Of a stretch of DNA of 64,000 nucleotides, positions 30,560 through 41,326 are shown piece after piece. The DNA lies in the NCBI GenBank assembly GCA_965237905.1, contig OZ250172.1, positions 352,001 through 416,000 of the forward strand, written 5' to 3'. Origin of the DNA: Nitrospinaceae bacterium. Its GTDB lineage: Bacteria; Nitrospinota; Nitrospinia; Nitrospinales; Nitrospinaceae. Both the position numbers and the translations under genes were made by a program. Position 1 is the stretch's first letter, and every line of letters starts with the position of its first letter. The notes beneath the pieces are model-generated. The model made no database searches. It was not told the DNA's origin and saw only the letters and a program-made list of their open reading frames with translations.

Positions 30560-31890
30560 TATTCTTCCTTCCCGTATCCTGGTTTATTCAACAGTCGAAA
30601 CATGTTGTTTTTATAAAATTCCACTCCCGGCTGGTCGAACGGATTGACGCCCATCAAATACCCTGACATGGCTATGGCCCGTTGAAAAAAATAGAACAGA
30701 TAGCCCAGGGTATGAGCGCTACGATCTTTCACCGTCAGGGTCATGTTGGGCACGCCGCCTTCGAGATGAGCCTGGGCGGTACCCTGCCAGGCTTTCTCAT
30801 TCACCTCATCGAGGCTCCGGCCCGCCAGATAGTTCAAGCCGTCCCGGTCCTCGGGGGACTCGGATATCGCCATGGAATGATCAGAAGAAGCCACCCTGAG
30901 AAAGGTCTCAAAGATGATGCGGTTGCCTTCCTGAACCCATTGTCCGAGGGAATGCAGATCGGCTGTATATTCGGCGGTGGCCGGGAAAATACCCTTTCCA
31001 TTCTTGCCTTCGCTCTCCCCCGCCAACTGCCGCCACCACTCTACCACAGTTTGCAGGGCCGGGTGAAACGCAGCCATGAGTTCAAGAGTTTTCCCCTTTT
31101 GATATAATAAACTGCGAATGACCGCATAACGATAGACGGGATTATGGTCCAAACCGGTATGGCTGAAGGCTCGATCATTACATTCCCTGGCACCGGCGAT
31201 TAACTCCCCGATGTCCATTCCGGCCACCGCGATGGGCAACAAACCGACGGGAGTCAACACGGAATAGCGTCCCCCGACATCGCCGGGAATCACGAAGCGC
31301 CGATATCCCTCTTCATCCGCCAACTGCTTGAGGGCGCCTTTATCCGGGTCGGTGGTCACGAAGATACGCCTACGGGTTTCTTCTACTCCAAATCGTTTCT
31401 CCATGAACTGCTTGAGCAGACGAAACGCGATGGCCGGTTCGGTGGTGGTTCCGGATTTGGAAATCACGTTCAGACAGACTTTTTTATCTTCCAGAATGTC
31501 CAACAGATCGTGAAGAGTGTCGGAACTGATGTTTTGACCGGCAAATAGGATTTCCGGCCCACCCCGCGCGGATGGTGGGAGTTGATTAAAAAAAGTGTGG
31601 CTTCCAAAATCAATCGCGGCTTTGGCACCCAGATAGGAACCACCAATGCCGATGGACACAAACGTCTCACAGTTTTCCCGAATCCAGGCGGCTGAATGTT
31701 CTATTTCCTTGAGTTGGTCCGGCGTGGTTTGCGAAGGCAGATCGAGCCAACCCAGAAAGTCAGCACCCTTCCCCCGGACGGATTCCAGATCCTGATGGTG
31801 TCGATCCACCTCCGGTTGCAGACCGGCGATTTCCTGTTCCATCACAAAGGAATGAATATTATCGGTGTTGAGTTCCAGGGTTTCGGTCAT
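30559..31890 (-). CDS. pgi: glucose-6-phosphate isomerase
   Basis: 'GIGGSYLG', 'SKSGTTTE', 'DVGGRYSV', 'DLHSLGQ', 'PFDQPGVE..K'. ATG at 31890 preferred. Confidence 0.96.
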   Translation of the reverse strand: MTETLELNTDNIHSFVMEQEIAGLQPEVDRHHQDLESVRGKGADFLGWLDLPSQTTPDQLKEIEHSAAWIRENCETFVSIGIGGSYLGAKAAIDFGSHTFFNQLPPSARGGPEILFAGQNISSDTLHDLLDILEDKKVCLNVISKSGTTTEPAIAFRLLKQFMEKRFGVEETRRRIFVTTDPDKGALKQLADEEGYRRFVIPGDVGGRYSVLTPVGLLPIAVAGMDIGELIAGARECNDRAFSHTGLDHNPVYRYAVIRSLLYQKGKTLELMAAFHPALQTVVEWWRQLAGESEGKNGKGIFPATAEYTADLHSLGQWVQEGNRIIFETFLRVASSDHSMAISESPEDRDGLNYLAGRSLDEVNEKAWQGTAQAHLEGGVPNMTLTVKDRSAHTLGYLFYFFQRAIAMSGYLMGVNPFDQPGVEFYKNNMFRLLNKPGYGKEE

Positions 31891-31930
31891 GGTTCGTTGA
31901 GAGGAAAATGTCCTTAAACAAAAGCACGGA

Positions 31931-33481
31931 TCATTGGGTCTGAGGCTTTGGGGCCTTAAGCGGGTCGTCCAGCGCAATGATGAAATAGGATCGGATCTTT
32001 TTTTGATTCACCAGGATAACGGCAACTTTTTCCGCGGTGTCGCGTTCGCGGAATTTTCCCACACGGACTTTATACCAGAATCCTCCTTCTGGGCGTGGGA
32101 TTTTCACGACATACACGTCTTGCACCTTCTTTTTTTTGAGTCGGCGGACGGTGTCATCGGCCTGCTTCTTGCCTTTCACAGCGGCCACCTGCAGGGTAAA
32201 AACTTGCACCGTTGGAACCGCCGCCTGCTCCGGGGGAGCCGTCGGCACGGGCTGGGAGACCGGAATCAGGGCTTTCCAATCCACCGCCACCGCCGCATAA
32301 AATATCCCACCAAAGATGAGCCCCGCAAGGACCAGTTTGGTAGCCGTACTCGTACTTCCAATGAAGTTCAATCCATCGAACATCTTGAAAACGATTTTCT
32401 TGATCAGATTGAAAATGCCGCCGCCCAGTCCCTCCGACACTTTTTTACCGACCACCTGCCAGAACGTGGGACTCAATCCGGTGTAGACCTTTAACCGCTC
32501 CAAGGCCTGTTTGTCATCGGAATGAAATAGCTTGACACTTTTCCACTGTTCGGAAACTTTGGTATCCTTGGCCAGGCGGAGCAGACGCTCTTTCGTTTGG
32601 GCTTCCAAAGAATCGAAAACCTGTTTGCACCGGGCATGCAGATCGGGATCGAGCACTTTGAATCGCTCTTCGCAATAGCTGGTACCCACAAGGTAGGCCA
32701 TTGTTCCCCGCTGGTCCTCGGGCAAAGAGGATAAGGACTCCAGATAAAAATTTACGGCCAAATAATCGGCTCGCTTTTTATCAAGCAAATGTGGAAGCAT
32801 GAAGCTGATGATTTTATTTTCCTGGCCTGTTTTTAACTGCAAGGCTTTCAGGAAAACCGGCTCCGACTTGTTGGTGAACCACTCCTGCTCCAAAAAAACG
32901 GTGATCATATGCTTGAGGAGTTCCCGGTCTTCATATCCCTCCGTCTTCATAATCACCAGCAGCAGGTCAATTTCCTGATCGGTCAGTTTCTCTTTCCGAG
33001 TCAGGGTGGAAACCAGAACATTACGGAAGCGGGTTTGTTTGGGGTCTTGCAGGAAAGCTTTCAGAAAAACGTTCAGGGCTTCCGGGTCCTCGGAGCCGGT
33101 ACTCATCAGGAATTCGGCATAATCCTGAACCAACTGCTCCCGCAGTTCGCGACCCTTTCCCGGTAAAAAATAGGAGGACCCGGTGAACTCGACCAGATGT
33201 TGAAACTGGCCTCTGATTTCAGGCCCCACCGTTTTAAGGTCGATATGCTTCAGGCTGCTCAGAGCGCTAAGGAAACGGTGTTCCCCGAAGATTCCATAAA
33301 CCACAAACCCGAAGAACAAACAGATACCCACCACCGCCCACTTGATCCACAGGTCGTTGAAATGCACGTTCGGCAGAGCCACTTCGTGCACGAAATACAA
33401 CGACATGTAGCCGAGGACCAGGACCAGGAACAAAGTCAATCCGGTTCGGACTAAAATGTATTTAAAGCTCTGGTAAAACAT
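31931..33481 (-). CDS. membrane protein with a C-terminal SPOR domain
   Basis: Two N-terminal TM helices, helical middle region, one TM helix, then 'FTLQVAAV...WYKVRVGKF...AE' SPOR signature. Confidence 0.8.
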   Translation of the reverse strand: MFYQSFKYILVRTGLTLFLVLVLGYMSLYFVHEVALPNVHFNDLWIKWAVVGICLFFGFVVYGIFGEHRFLSALSSLKHIDLKTVGPEIRGQFQHLVEFTGSSYFLPGKGRELREQLVQDYAEFLMSTGSEDPEALNVFLKAFLQDPKQTRFRNVLVSTLTRKEKLTDQEIDLLLVIMKTEGYEDRELLKHMITVFLEQEWFTNKSEPVFLKALQLKTGQENKIISFMLPHLLDKKRADYLAVNFYLESLSSLPEDQRGTMAYLVGTSYCEERFKVLDPDLHARCKQVFDSLEAQTKERLLRLAKDTKVSEQWKSVKLFHSDDKQALERLKVYTGLSPTFWQVVGKKVSEGLGGGIFNLIKKIVFKMFDGLNFIGSTSTATKLVLAGLIFGGIFYAAVAVDWKALIPVSQPVPTAPPEQAAVPTVQVFTLQVAAVKGKKQADDTVRRLKKKKVQDVYVVKIPRPEGGFWYKVRVGKFRERDTAEKVAVILVNQKKIRSYFIIALDDPLKAPKPQTQ

Positions 33482-35534
33482 TTTCCTCTATATGATTGTC
33501 GGGTGGAGGGGTCGTCTCAGGATCTGGTTCGTCCGAAGAGAAATACCCCTGGATGGAATCCGTGGTCGGCGGCAGAGTCAATACGACATCATTTTTCACC
33601 GCTACCTTCATGGTCTTCGTTGTATTTGCATTCGCGATATAACCGGTTTCGGAATCCACTTCAACAAACCGGATTCCTTCAGGTACGGGAAAATTGACCG
33701 GACTTTTGCCACTCAACGCTTTCTTCATGAAATAAGTCCATATGGGTGCTGATGCGCCGCCGCCCGTCAGGCCCCGGCCGTTGCGGTCGATCATGGGGAT
33801 GTTGCTGTCATAACCCACCCAAACCGAAACCGAAAAATCCTTGGTGTAACCGTCAAACCAGGCATCCTTATAATCGTTGGTGGTACCCGTTTTGCCGCCC
33901 GCCGGATGGCGGAATCCCATACGCCGGATCACTCTCCCGGTGCCCTCTTCCACCACGCCCCGCATCATGTCCAGAAGCGGGTAAATGGATTTTTGGGAAA
34001 ACCGCTGAACTCCGAAGTAGAAATGCTCATAAAGTGTGTTGCCCCGGAAATCCTCTATCCGGTCTATCAGATAAGGCTCGTTTAAAATTCCCAGGTTGGC
34101 GATGACACTATACGCGCCAGCCATTTCGAGCGGCGAGACCCCGGTGGCGCCCAAAGCCAATGACAGGTTTTCTCCCAAGGGGCTGGTGATCCCCATCTGA
34201 CGTGCGGTTTTGATCACGCGCTCTGGAGTGAGGTCGTGCACCAGTTTCGCCGACACCACGTTCAGGGATTTCATCAAAGCCCGCTTCAAAATTAAATTCC
34301 CGAAATATTCATCGTTGAAGTTTTTCGGCTCCCAGGTTTTATCCTGCGAAATCTCCAAAGTAACGGGCTCGTCCATCATCACGGTTGCAGGCGAGATTCC
34401 CAAGTTTTCCATAGCCGTCAAATAAACGATCGGTTTAAAGGAAGACCCGGCCATACGGTTGTTGGAAACCGCCCGATTGAACTGGCTCTGTGCGTAATCC
34501 CTCCCGCCCAGCAACACGCGAACGGCGCCGGTTTTATTTTCCAATCCCACCATCGCGGCCTGCAGAATTTCTTCATCCTCACGGGATTCCATCCGTTTAT
34601 CGAGGCTTTTCATATGGGTGGTGACGGCTTGTTGGGCGAACTTCTGCAAACGGGCATCAATGGTGGTAAAAATTTTGAGGCCGCCGAAATGAACAAACTC
34701 CTTGCCGTATTCTTGTTCAAGCTTGAAAATCACGTATTGAATGAAGTACTGATTGGGATTGGATTGAATCCGGCGCGGCGCCAGTTCCAGATCGGTTTCC
34801 AAAGCTTCTTCCATCTGGATGGGGCTTATAAAGTTGGAACTGACCATTCGCTTCAGAACCGTCCGCGTTCGTCTCATGGCCCGTTCGAAATTATTGAATG
34901 GGTTCGCGCTATTGGGAGAGTTGGGCAAACCCGCCAACAGAGCAGCCTGAAGCAAGGTCAACTCCTTCGCCCGCTTCCCAAAATAAGCCAACGACGCATC
35001 TTCAACGCCGTAAGCGCCACTCCCGAAATAGACCTGATTGCAGTAGGCTTCCAGAATCTCCTCTTTGGAAAAGGTCGCTTCTATTTGAAGGGCGACCATC
35101 AGTTCCTTGATTTTGCGGACCCATTTCCTTTCGAATGAGAAGAAAAGATTTTTAGAGAGTTGCTGGGTGATCGTGCTTCCGCCTTGCGAGACCCTCATCT
35201 TCTGGATATTCCGGAGCATGGCCCGCGTCAAGCCAATATGGTCGACCCCACTGTGGTCGTAAAATCGGGAATCCTCCGTCGCGATCATGGCTTCGGTAAA
35301 CCGTGGAGAAATTTCGTCCAGAGGCACCGGATGGCGTTGGCCCAGAACCTTGATCACATTGCCCTGCGAGGAATAGATTTCGGTCGGCAGACTCAGGTTT
35401 ATTTTTTCGAGACTGTCCGGTAATTGCGGAAGATCGTCCTTCAAGTCAATATAAAGACCGAGGCCCAGCAGGGAAAACGCCATCAGCAGGGTAAACATTG
35501 AAAAGGCTATTTTTTCGAAAATGCGCCGCTTCAA
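33462..35534 (-). CDS. second class A penicillin-binding protein (PBP1A family)
   Basis: 'EDSRFYDH.GVD', 'GGSTITQQL', 'SSFK', 'SLN', 'KTGT'. TTG start with AGGAG RBS. Confidence 0.92.
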   Translation of the reverse strand: MKRRIFEKIAFSMFTLLMAFSLLGLGLYIDLKDDLPQLPDSLEKINLSLPTEIYSSQGNVIKVLGQRHPVPLDEISPRFTEAMIATEDSRFYDHSGVDHIGLTRAMLRNIQKMRVSQGGSTITQQLSKNLFFSFERKWVRKIKELMVALQIEATFSKEEILEAYCNQVYFGSGAYGVEDASLAYFGKRAKELTLLQAALLAGLPNSPNSANPFNNFERAMRRTRTVLKRMVSSNFISPIQMEEALETDLELAPRRIQSNPNQYFIQYVIFKLEQEYGKEFVHFGGLKIFTTIDARLQKFAQQAVTTHMKSLDKRMESREDEEILQAAMVGLENKTGAVRVLLGGRDYAQSQFNRAVSNNRMAGSSFKPIVYLTAMENLGISPATVMMDEPVTLEISQDKTWEPKNFNDEYFGNLILKRALMKSLNVVSAKLVHDLTPERVIKTARQMGITSPLGENLSLALGATGVSPLEMAGAYSVIANLGILNEPYLIDRIEDFRGNTLYEHFYFGVQRFSQKSIYPLLDMMRGVVEEGTGRVIRRMGFRHPAGGKTGTTNDYKDAWFDGYTKDFSVSVWVGYDSNIPMIDRNGRGLTGGGASAPIWTYFMKKALSGKSPVNFPVPEGIRFVEVDSETGYIANANTTKTMKVAVKNDVVLTLPPTTDSIQGYFSSDEPDPETTPPPDNHIEENVLPEL

Positions 35535-36439
35535 TTCAGGTCTCCTTGATAATCACCGAAGGGGGAAACGCCTTCGGTGGGCTCGTCGTAAACCGGAATT
35601 TCAATTTGGGATAGCAGGTTTTCCGAAATATCCATGGGTACGGGAAGGATTAAAACTTCGGTGTAAAAATCACTCTGGTATTCGACACCCATTCGAACAG
35701 GAGGCGGATATTCATCCGAACCTTCGACCTCTTTCACACCCACCCGGGTCACATGATAATTTTTGCTGAAGAACCAATAGGGATTGGGAAACAGATTCGC
35801 CTGGGCATCCGGATCCAGGGTTTTCATCACTCTCATGAAATCGGCAATCGAAAGAATGGAGGTTTGCCCAAACCCGGCTTCCTCCAACGTGCCTTTAAAA
35901 ATGTCACGGTTCAAGGGGCTTTCCCCCGTTCCGTCAGCAGACAAAAATACTTCCCGGATGGGGAAGTTTTGGTTGTTGATGAAACTGATGGTGACCCACT
36001 CGCCCAACTGCGTCAACAAAACGCGTTGCCAATCGCGGTTGGAGTCGATCTCCAGCAATTCGTAGGGAGAAACCATCTTGTAGGACAACTGCTCCGGAAA
36101 TTCGAAGTACAGTTGCAGGAACTTTTTCCGCGAGACCATCTGCGGATCGGATGGGTTGAGCTTCTCGAACAATTCCTTGAAGGATTGGATGGATTCGGCG
36201 CTTTGTTCCTCGGTGTTCAGGTTGGAAAGGATGGATTCAATTTTTTTCTGGGCGACGATCTTTTCGCGGTCACGCTCCCAGATTCGGCCTAATTGAGGAC
36301 GAGTATGATTCTCCCATTTGAGGTAATATCCGACCCCCCGTTCGATCACCTTACCAAAAATCTCAAGGGAAAAAATCACCAATAGGGCAACGATAAAAAC
36401 GGTGCCATTTAGATTTCCCAAAATTCCAGCTTTTTTCAA
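35531..36439 (-). CDS. hypothetical protein with N-terminal membrane anchor
   Basis: 302-aa ORF translationally coupled to its neighbours. Confidence 0.75.
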   Translation of the reverse strand: MKKAGILGNLNGTVFIVALLVIFSLEIFGKVIERGVGYYLKWENHTRPQLGRIWERDREKIVAQKKIESILSNLNTEEQSAESIQSFKELFEKLNPSDPQMVSRKKFLQLYFEFPEQLSYKMVSPYELLEIDSNRDWQRVLLTQLGEWVTISFINNQNFPIREVFLSADGTGESPLNRDIFKGTLEEAGFGQTSILSIADFMRVMKTLDPDAQANLFPNPYWFFSKNYHVTRVGVKEVEGSDEYPPPVRMGVEYQSDFYTEVLILPVPMDISENLLSQIEIPVYDEPTEGVSPFGDYQGDLN

Positions 36440-36443
36440 AACC

Positions 36444-37094
36444 TCATCTCACGGTAATTTTCGGAACGGATTTGGTAATCAGTTTAAGCCGGTCAATTTT
36501 TTCCTTGAGGGCCTTTTTATCCAGTTTTTTCCGTCCGGGCTTCCCTTTCTTTTTAACACCCGTGCCGCTTTCTTTTTTAGCCACCGGCTTGTTCTCAAGA
36601 GGCAAGATCACAGCAGGGCTCACCGGTTTTGCGGGAGCCGGTCGCCTGGCTTTCAGGCCGGCCCCTGTGACTTTGTAGTTTTTTTCCAAGTCCTTGAGAA
36701 AAGCCGATTTTAAATTCTGAGGCATTCTCCGGTAGGCGGAAATAGCTTTTTTTTCGATTTCGTCGAGGGCCAGCATTCCCTCTTTGGATAATTTTTTAAA
36801 AGAAATATGTCCGGTTTGAAAATTAACCGATTTAATTTCAGGAGGGGTCAGGTTCAGAGTCTCGGTATCCATCGGCAATATGGCAAGCGAATCAATTTTT
36901 TCAGTCAAAAGGTGTTCCAAGGAAATATTCCCCAGCCGCGCCATTTTCACTAAAACGGCGACCGGTGCATCTCTCTCTCCCGCCTCGTAGCGAACGTAAG
37001 TTCTGAAGCCGACCTTTAAAATATCGGACATGGCGGATTGGGTGCACTTCAACTCACGCCGGATAATTTTCATATTCTGAGCCAAAATTGACAT
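36444..37094 (-). CDS. XRE-family HTH protein with a Lys-rich C-terminus
   Basis: 'MKIIRRELKCTQSAMSDILKVGFRTYVRYEAGERD' HTH; GAGGAG RBS. Confidence 0.85.
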   Translation of the reverse strand: MSILAQNMKIIRRELKCTQSAMSDILKVGFRTYVRYEAGERDAPVAVLVKMARLGNISLEHLLTEKIDSLAILPMDTETLNLTPPEIKSVNFQTGHISFKKLSKEGMLALDEIEKKAISAYRRMPQNLKSAFLKDLEKNYKVTGAGLKARRPAPAKPVSPAVILPLENKPVAKKESGTGVKKKGKPGRKKLDKKALKEKIDRLKLITKSVPKITVR

Positions 37095-37207
37095 TTACCG
37101 TACTCCTCTGTTAGAAAGTTTTTCTTTTATTATATCCACGGTGGGACTTATTAGACAATAAATAAAAACCCCTAAAAAAAACACCCTGTAAATGGGGGTA
37201 TTAAAAT

Positions 37208-38224
<1,017 letters not shown>

Positions 38225-38466
38225 TCAGGCAAAAAAAACGGCTAAAAACCCTTATATCAAAAGGGTTACTTGATATTTAAACCTGCCAGAAGGAAATACC
38301 CCACTAAAACCAGCTCAACACTCGAATTAGGGTAATTCTAGTAATGAAAAACGGTTGAGTTATTGACGCTGGAGCCTTCTAACCAATTTTTTTTTCAGTC
38401 TCCATTATACAACTAAGTTTTTTAGAAACAATAGGTTAAGCAGTTTTTTTAGCAGTCATATTTACA

Positions 38467-38482
38467 TGGCACGCATATTGCT
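38467..38482 (+). promoter_or_regulatory. sigma54 (-24/-12) promoter
   Basis: TGGCACG-CATA-TTGCT matches the consensus TGGCACG-N4-TTGCW and lies 66 nt upstream of an ATG with a GGAGG RBS. Confidence 0.85.
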
Positions 38483-38548
38483 GTGTATCTATTTCGAGAA
38501 ATGGCGTTATAATATAATCATTATGAAGGTGGCAATGGAGGTTATTTA

Positions 38549-38947
38549 ATGGATTCTGGCGAATCGTACCAAGACGAAATTTACGAGAAACTCAGCGCGG
38601 CCATTATGAACTCAATCACATCATCCAAGGATGTGAAAGAGCTCCTCAAGGAATTGGGGTCCAACGGATTAATTACGAAATCTGCAGTCTTCAACCTTCT
38701 TCTGAGCCTGGAAGAGTTGGATGACTATGTAAATCCCAAGCCTTTTTCGGAAAAAATTTACAAACTGGAACCCAACGGCGAACCTCCCAAGCCCAAAACC
38801 GTGCTGGAGTTTGGTTTTGCCGACAAGGAAGAGACCCAGTCCATTAACGGTGAAAGGCTTTCCAACAAAGAAAAGTTGTTTGAAGAGTACTGCAACACGA
38901 CTTTTGACGAAAAAGACTGGCTGAAGAAGGCCCGCATCAAACTATAA
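38549..38947 (+). CDS. hypothetical protein under a sigma54 promoter
   Basis: 132-aa ORF with GGAGG RBS, its own promoter and its own terminator. Confidence 0.8.
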   Translation: MDSGESYQDEIYEKLSAAIMNSITSSKDVKELLKELGSNGLITKSAVFNLLLSLEELDDYVNPKPFSEKIYKLEPNGEPPKPKTVLEFGFADKEETQSINGERLSNKEKLFEEYCNTTFDEKDWLKKARIKL

Positions 38948-38970
38948 AATATTTCAAGGTCCAATCTCAT

Positions 38971-38999
38971 AAGAGCGCCCTTGTGGCGCTCTTTTTTTT
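38971..38999 (+). terminator. intrinsic terminator
   Basis: AAGAGCGCC/GGCGCTCTT stem followed by a T8 run, between convergent genes. Confidence 0.85.
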
Positions 39000-39012
39000 G
39001 CCTTCCCTTTCC

Positions 39013-39207
39013 CTAAGAGCCACCCCCTTGTTTGAAGATTTTTGAATCACACGCGATGTACTTGATTTGCCGAACCGGCACAATCAAGACTTCCTTGGCA
39101 GTGGTGACCTCCAATACTTCCAAATCGTCGCTGATAAAATGCTTTTCCGTATCATCCAATTTCAACTCACTATTATCTACAAAAACAACTTTCAGCCAAT
39201 ATTGCAT
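39013..39207 (-). CDS. small hypothetical beta-rich protein
   Basis: 64-aa ORF with protein-like composition and AGGGA RBS, downstream of the radical SAM gene. Confidence 0.65.
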   Translation of the reverse strand: MQYWLKVVFVDNSELKLDDTEKHFISDDLEVLEVTTAKEVLIVPVRQIKYIACDSKIFKQGGGS

Positions 39208-39302
39208 GTCCCTGCCCTATGCGAAAATTAATTGATTCCTGACCGTTTCAAGCCCTGTCTGGAGTTTTGCCTCTGACTGTCCGGAGGAGAGTTCGGGGCA
39301 TT

Positions 39303-40523
39303 TTAATTGGGAAGCGGCGCCTCCGCAATTTTTTTTGCAAGCGGATGATCCAAATAATCCTCAACCACATTTTTTAAATAGCCTTTTTCATAAAGCTTGC
39401 TGTTGGACATTCTGGAATTCACTTTATGGAGAACCTTGAAGCGAATCCGTGGAAACCGTTCTTTAAACTCATCAAAGGTCACTCCGGAAATATCCTTCTC
39501 CCCTTTAGAGGGATGCTCCATGATAACCTTGGGAAGATACACTTGGGTCTCCCCATTCAATCGTTGGGCCACATCATTGAACGTCAACAAAGTAGAGCAA
39601 TCCGAATCCCCGCCCAGCATCTGATTGGGAACGTAAAGATAGCGGGCCCGGTTTTTCCGCAAGGTCGAAAGCAGGCGGTAAATACTGGCAGATACCACAA
39701 CGATATCCTTCTTTTCCAGCTCACAGGCATCAAAGGTTTTGAGTATTTTCTGACGTGCCAGAAATGTAGAGATATACGATTCCGTATGAATCATCTGCGT
39801 ATTGGGCAGACCCGCGTTATAAATTTTGCGGGCTTCATCGGGCAGGTAACGTCTCCCGTAACGCATCAGCGCGCTCGTTTCCTCATCGATATACTTCAAG
39901 GGGGTCAAGCACCCCATCCATAAAACACAATCGGGATTAATCTTCGAAATCGTCGAGGCGTCTTTGGACATGGTGTCCGGCCCAAAGGAATAAAAATTCG
40001 AGGAGGTCACAGACGGTCCCCCGATCAATTCCAGCACTTGTTTAACCGTGGGAGCGTGCGGCATGAGTTTCTTCCGGCTTTCCCCTAAGGTTATTACAGA
40101 AAGCTCGAAATTGATGCGGCCGGGATATCTTTCAACCAGCCTTTGAATACGGTCCGGCTTGGCATACCCGACAGTAAAAAATATGACCTGCTTGTCCGTG
40201 GTATCCAGAAACTCTTCCAACCACTCCATGGCTTTGGGATGCAGGAAAATATCCGTCCATTCCATGTATTCGTTGCCGCCCAGAAGCCAGGCCTCTCCAT
40301 CTTTGGTCGGGTATTTTTGGATCTCCCCAAGGATGAATTTCCATTGCTCCTGGGTGGTCAGGGGAGGCTCGATGGTGGGACGGTAACTATGATCTTTCTC
40401 ATAACAAAAGGTGCATTTGACCGGACAGGTTTTACCCAAACTGATCGGAATTTTTCGCTCCCGGATCTCCTGCCTGAATACGTCGTATAAAACCTGCTCG
40501 TCCATAATATCCCTCAATCCCAT
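39303..40523 (-). CDS. radical SAM protein, DUF512-like
   Basis: 'CPVKCTFC' CxxxCxxC motif. 'VPNQMLGG....STLLTFNDV' and 'VYLPKVIM' resemble the DUF512 C-terminus. Confidence 0.75.
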   Translation of the reverse strand: MGLRDIMDEQVLYDVFRQEIRERKIPISLGKTCPVKCTFCYEKDHSYRPTIEPPLTTQEQWKFILGEIQKYPTKDGEAWLLGGNEYMEWTDIFLHPKAMEWLEEFLDTTDKQVIFFTVGYAKPDRIQRLVERYPGRINFELSVITLGESRKKLMPHAPTVKQVLELIGGPSVTSSNFYSFGPDTMSKDASTISKINPDCVLWMGCLTPLKYIDEETSALMRYGRRYLPDEARKIYNAGLPNTQMIHTESYISTFLARQKILKTFDACELEKKDIVVVSASIYRLLSTLRKNRARYLYVPNQMLGGDSDCSTLLTFNDVAQRLNGETQVYLPKVIMEHPSKGEKDISGVTFDEFKERFPRIRFKVLHKVNSRMSNSKLYEKGYLKNVVEDYLDHPLAKKIAEAPLPN

Positions 40524-40843
40524 TCCTTAAAAGCATCGAGCAGTGAATCATCTACCGGAACCAATTCTCTTTCACTTTCATCGAGTTCATCAATCACGCC
40601 TTTCAAATGAACGGCGGCACACCCCATGTAAGCAATACTTTCTTGAATCAGCTTGACCGACATGGCTTTCAGTTTTTTACTCAATTCATCCAAATGATTT
40701 TCTTGAAAGGGAGTGATCGCTGCCGCATTTCTAAAGGACTCGATGGCTTCCTTGAATTTCTTCTCGCTATGGAAATCGACTCCGGCTTTAAAATAAGCCT
40801 GAACCTGCCCCACTTGTTCCACTGTCGCCCGTTGCCTGGACAT
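40514..40843 (-). CDS. hypothetical helical protein with one TPR-like motif
   Basis: ATG at 40843 follows a GAAGGAG RBS; its 3' end overlaps the radical SAM start. Confidence 0.7.
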   Translation of the reverse strand: MSRQRATVEQVGQVQAYFKAGVDFHSEKKFKEAIESFRNAAAITPFQENHLDELSKKLKAMSVKLIQESIAYMGCAAVHLKGVIDELDESERELVPVDDSLLDAFKEWD

Positions 40844-41120
40844 AACTTCTCCTTCAAACATAAGTTTCCCAATTCCCGAGTGTGCCTTGCCGGGGAGCCT
40901 GGAATTACCCAAAATTAATGAAATTTGCCCATATTCTATCACCGCCCCCGGCCCCATTGTCAAAAATTAACTGAAAAAGACCGTAAAATTGGAGAAGTTC
41001 GGATGACTGATTTCGGATAAGCCTCTTAAGGCAATTTTAGATCGAAACAGAATTTTTCAAAATATTAGGGTCTATGGAGGGAGGAGGCGGGAAAAGAATC
41101 CCCAAACCCCGCCAAAAAAC

Positions 41121-41157
41121 AAAATACCCCCTTCTCAAATACAGAGGGGGGTATTTT
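41121..41157 (-). terminator. intrinsic terminator after the small lipoprotein gene
   Basis: AAAATACCCCC...GGGGGTATTTT inverted repeat followed by GTTTTTT on the minus strand. Confidence 0.7.
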
Positions 41158-41179
41158 CTGAAAACCGATGGGGTAAAAA

Positions 41180-41326
41180 TTATTCTTCAGAACCTTTTTC
41201 GGGGGGACCCGTGGATTTGGAATGCTCTTCCGTACACACACCTCCAGGACATTCTCCGGTCCCGTAACAACCAACGCCCGCAACCGCAAAAGCCAACAAC
41301 ATAAGAATGATCACCAATTTTTTCAT
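41180..41326 (-). CDS. 48-aa putative lipoprotein (absent from the ORF track)
   Basis: Hand translation gives MKKLVIILMLLAFAVAGVGCYGTGECPGGVCTEEHSKSTGPPEKGSEE*, with GAGGAG RBS, signal peptide, lipobox-like GVG-C and a downstream terminator. Confidence 0.8.
   Translation of the reverse strand: MKKLVIILMLLAFAVAGVGCYGTGECPGGVCTEEHSKSTGPPEKGSEE

Noticed and set aside
41065..41304. ORFs 41065..41289 (-) and 41074..41304 (+)
   Set aside because: Better explained by the 48-aa minus-strand lipoprotein gene and its terminator.
39303..41326. RiPP cluster (peptide + radical SAM)
   Set aside because: The peptide has a lipoprotein signal and its own terminator, and no RRE/SPASM domain, protease or exporter is evident. 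Kept only as a weak possibility.
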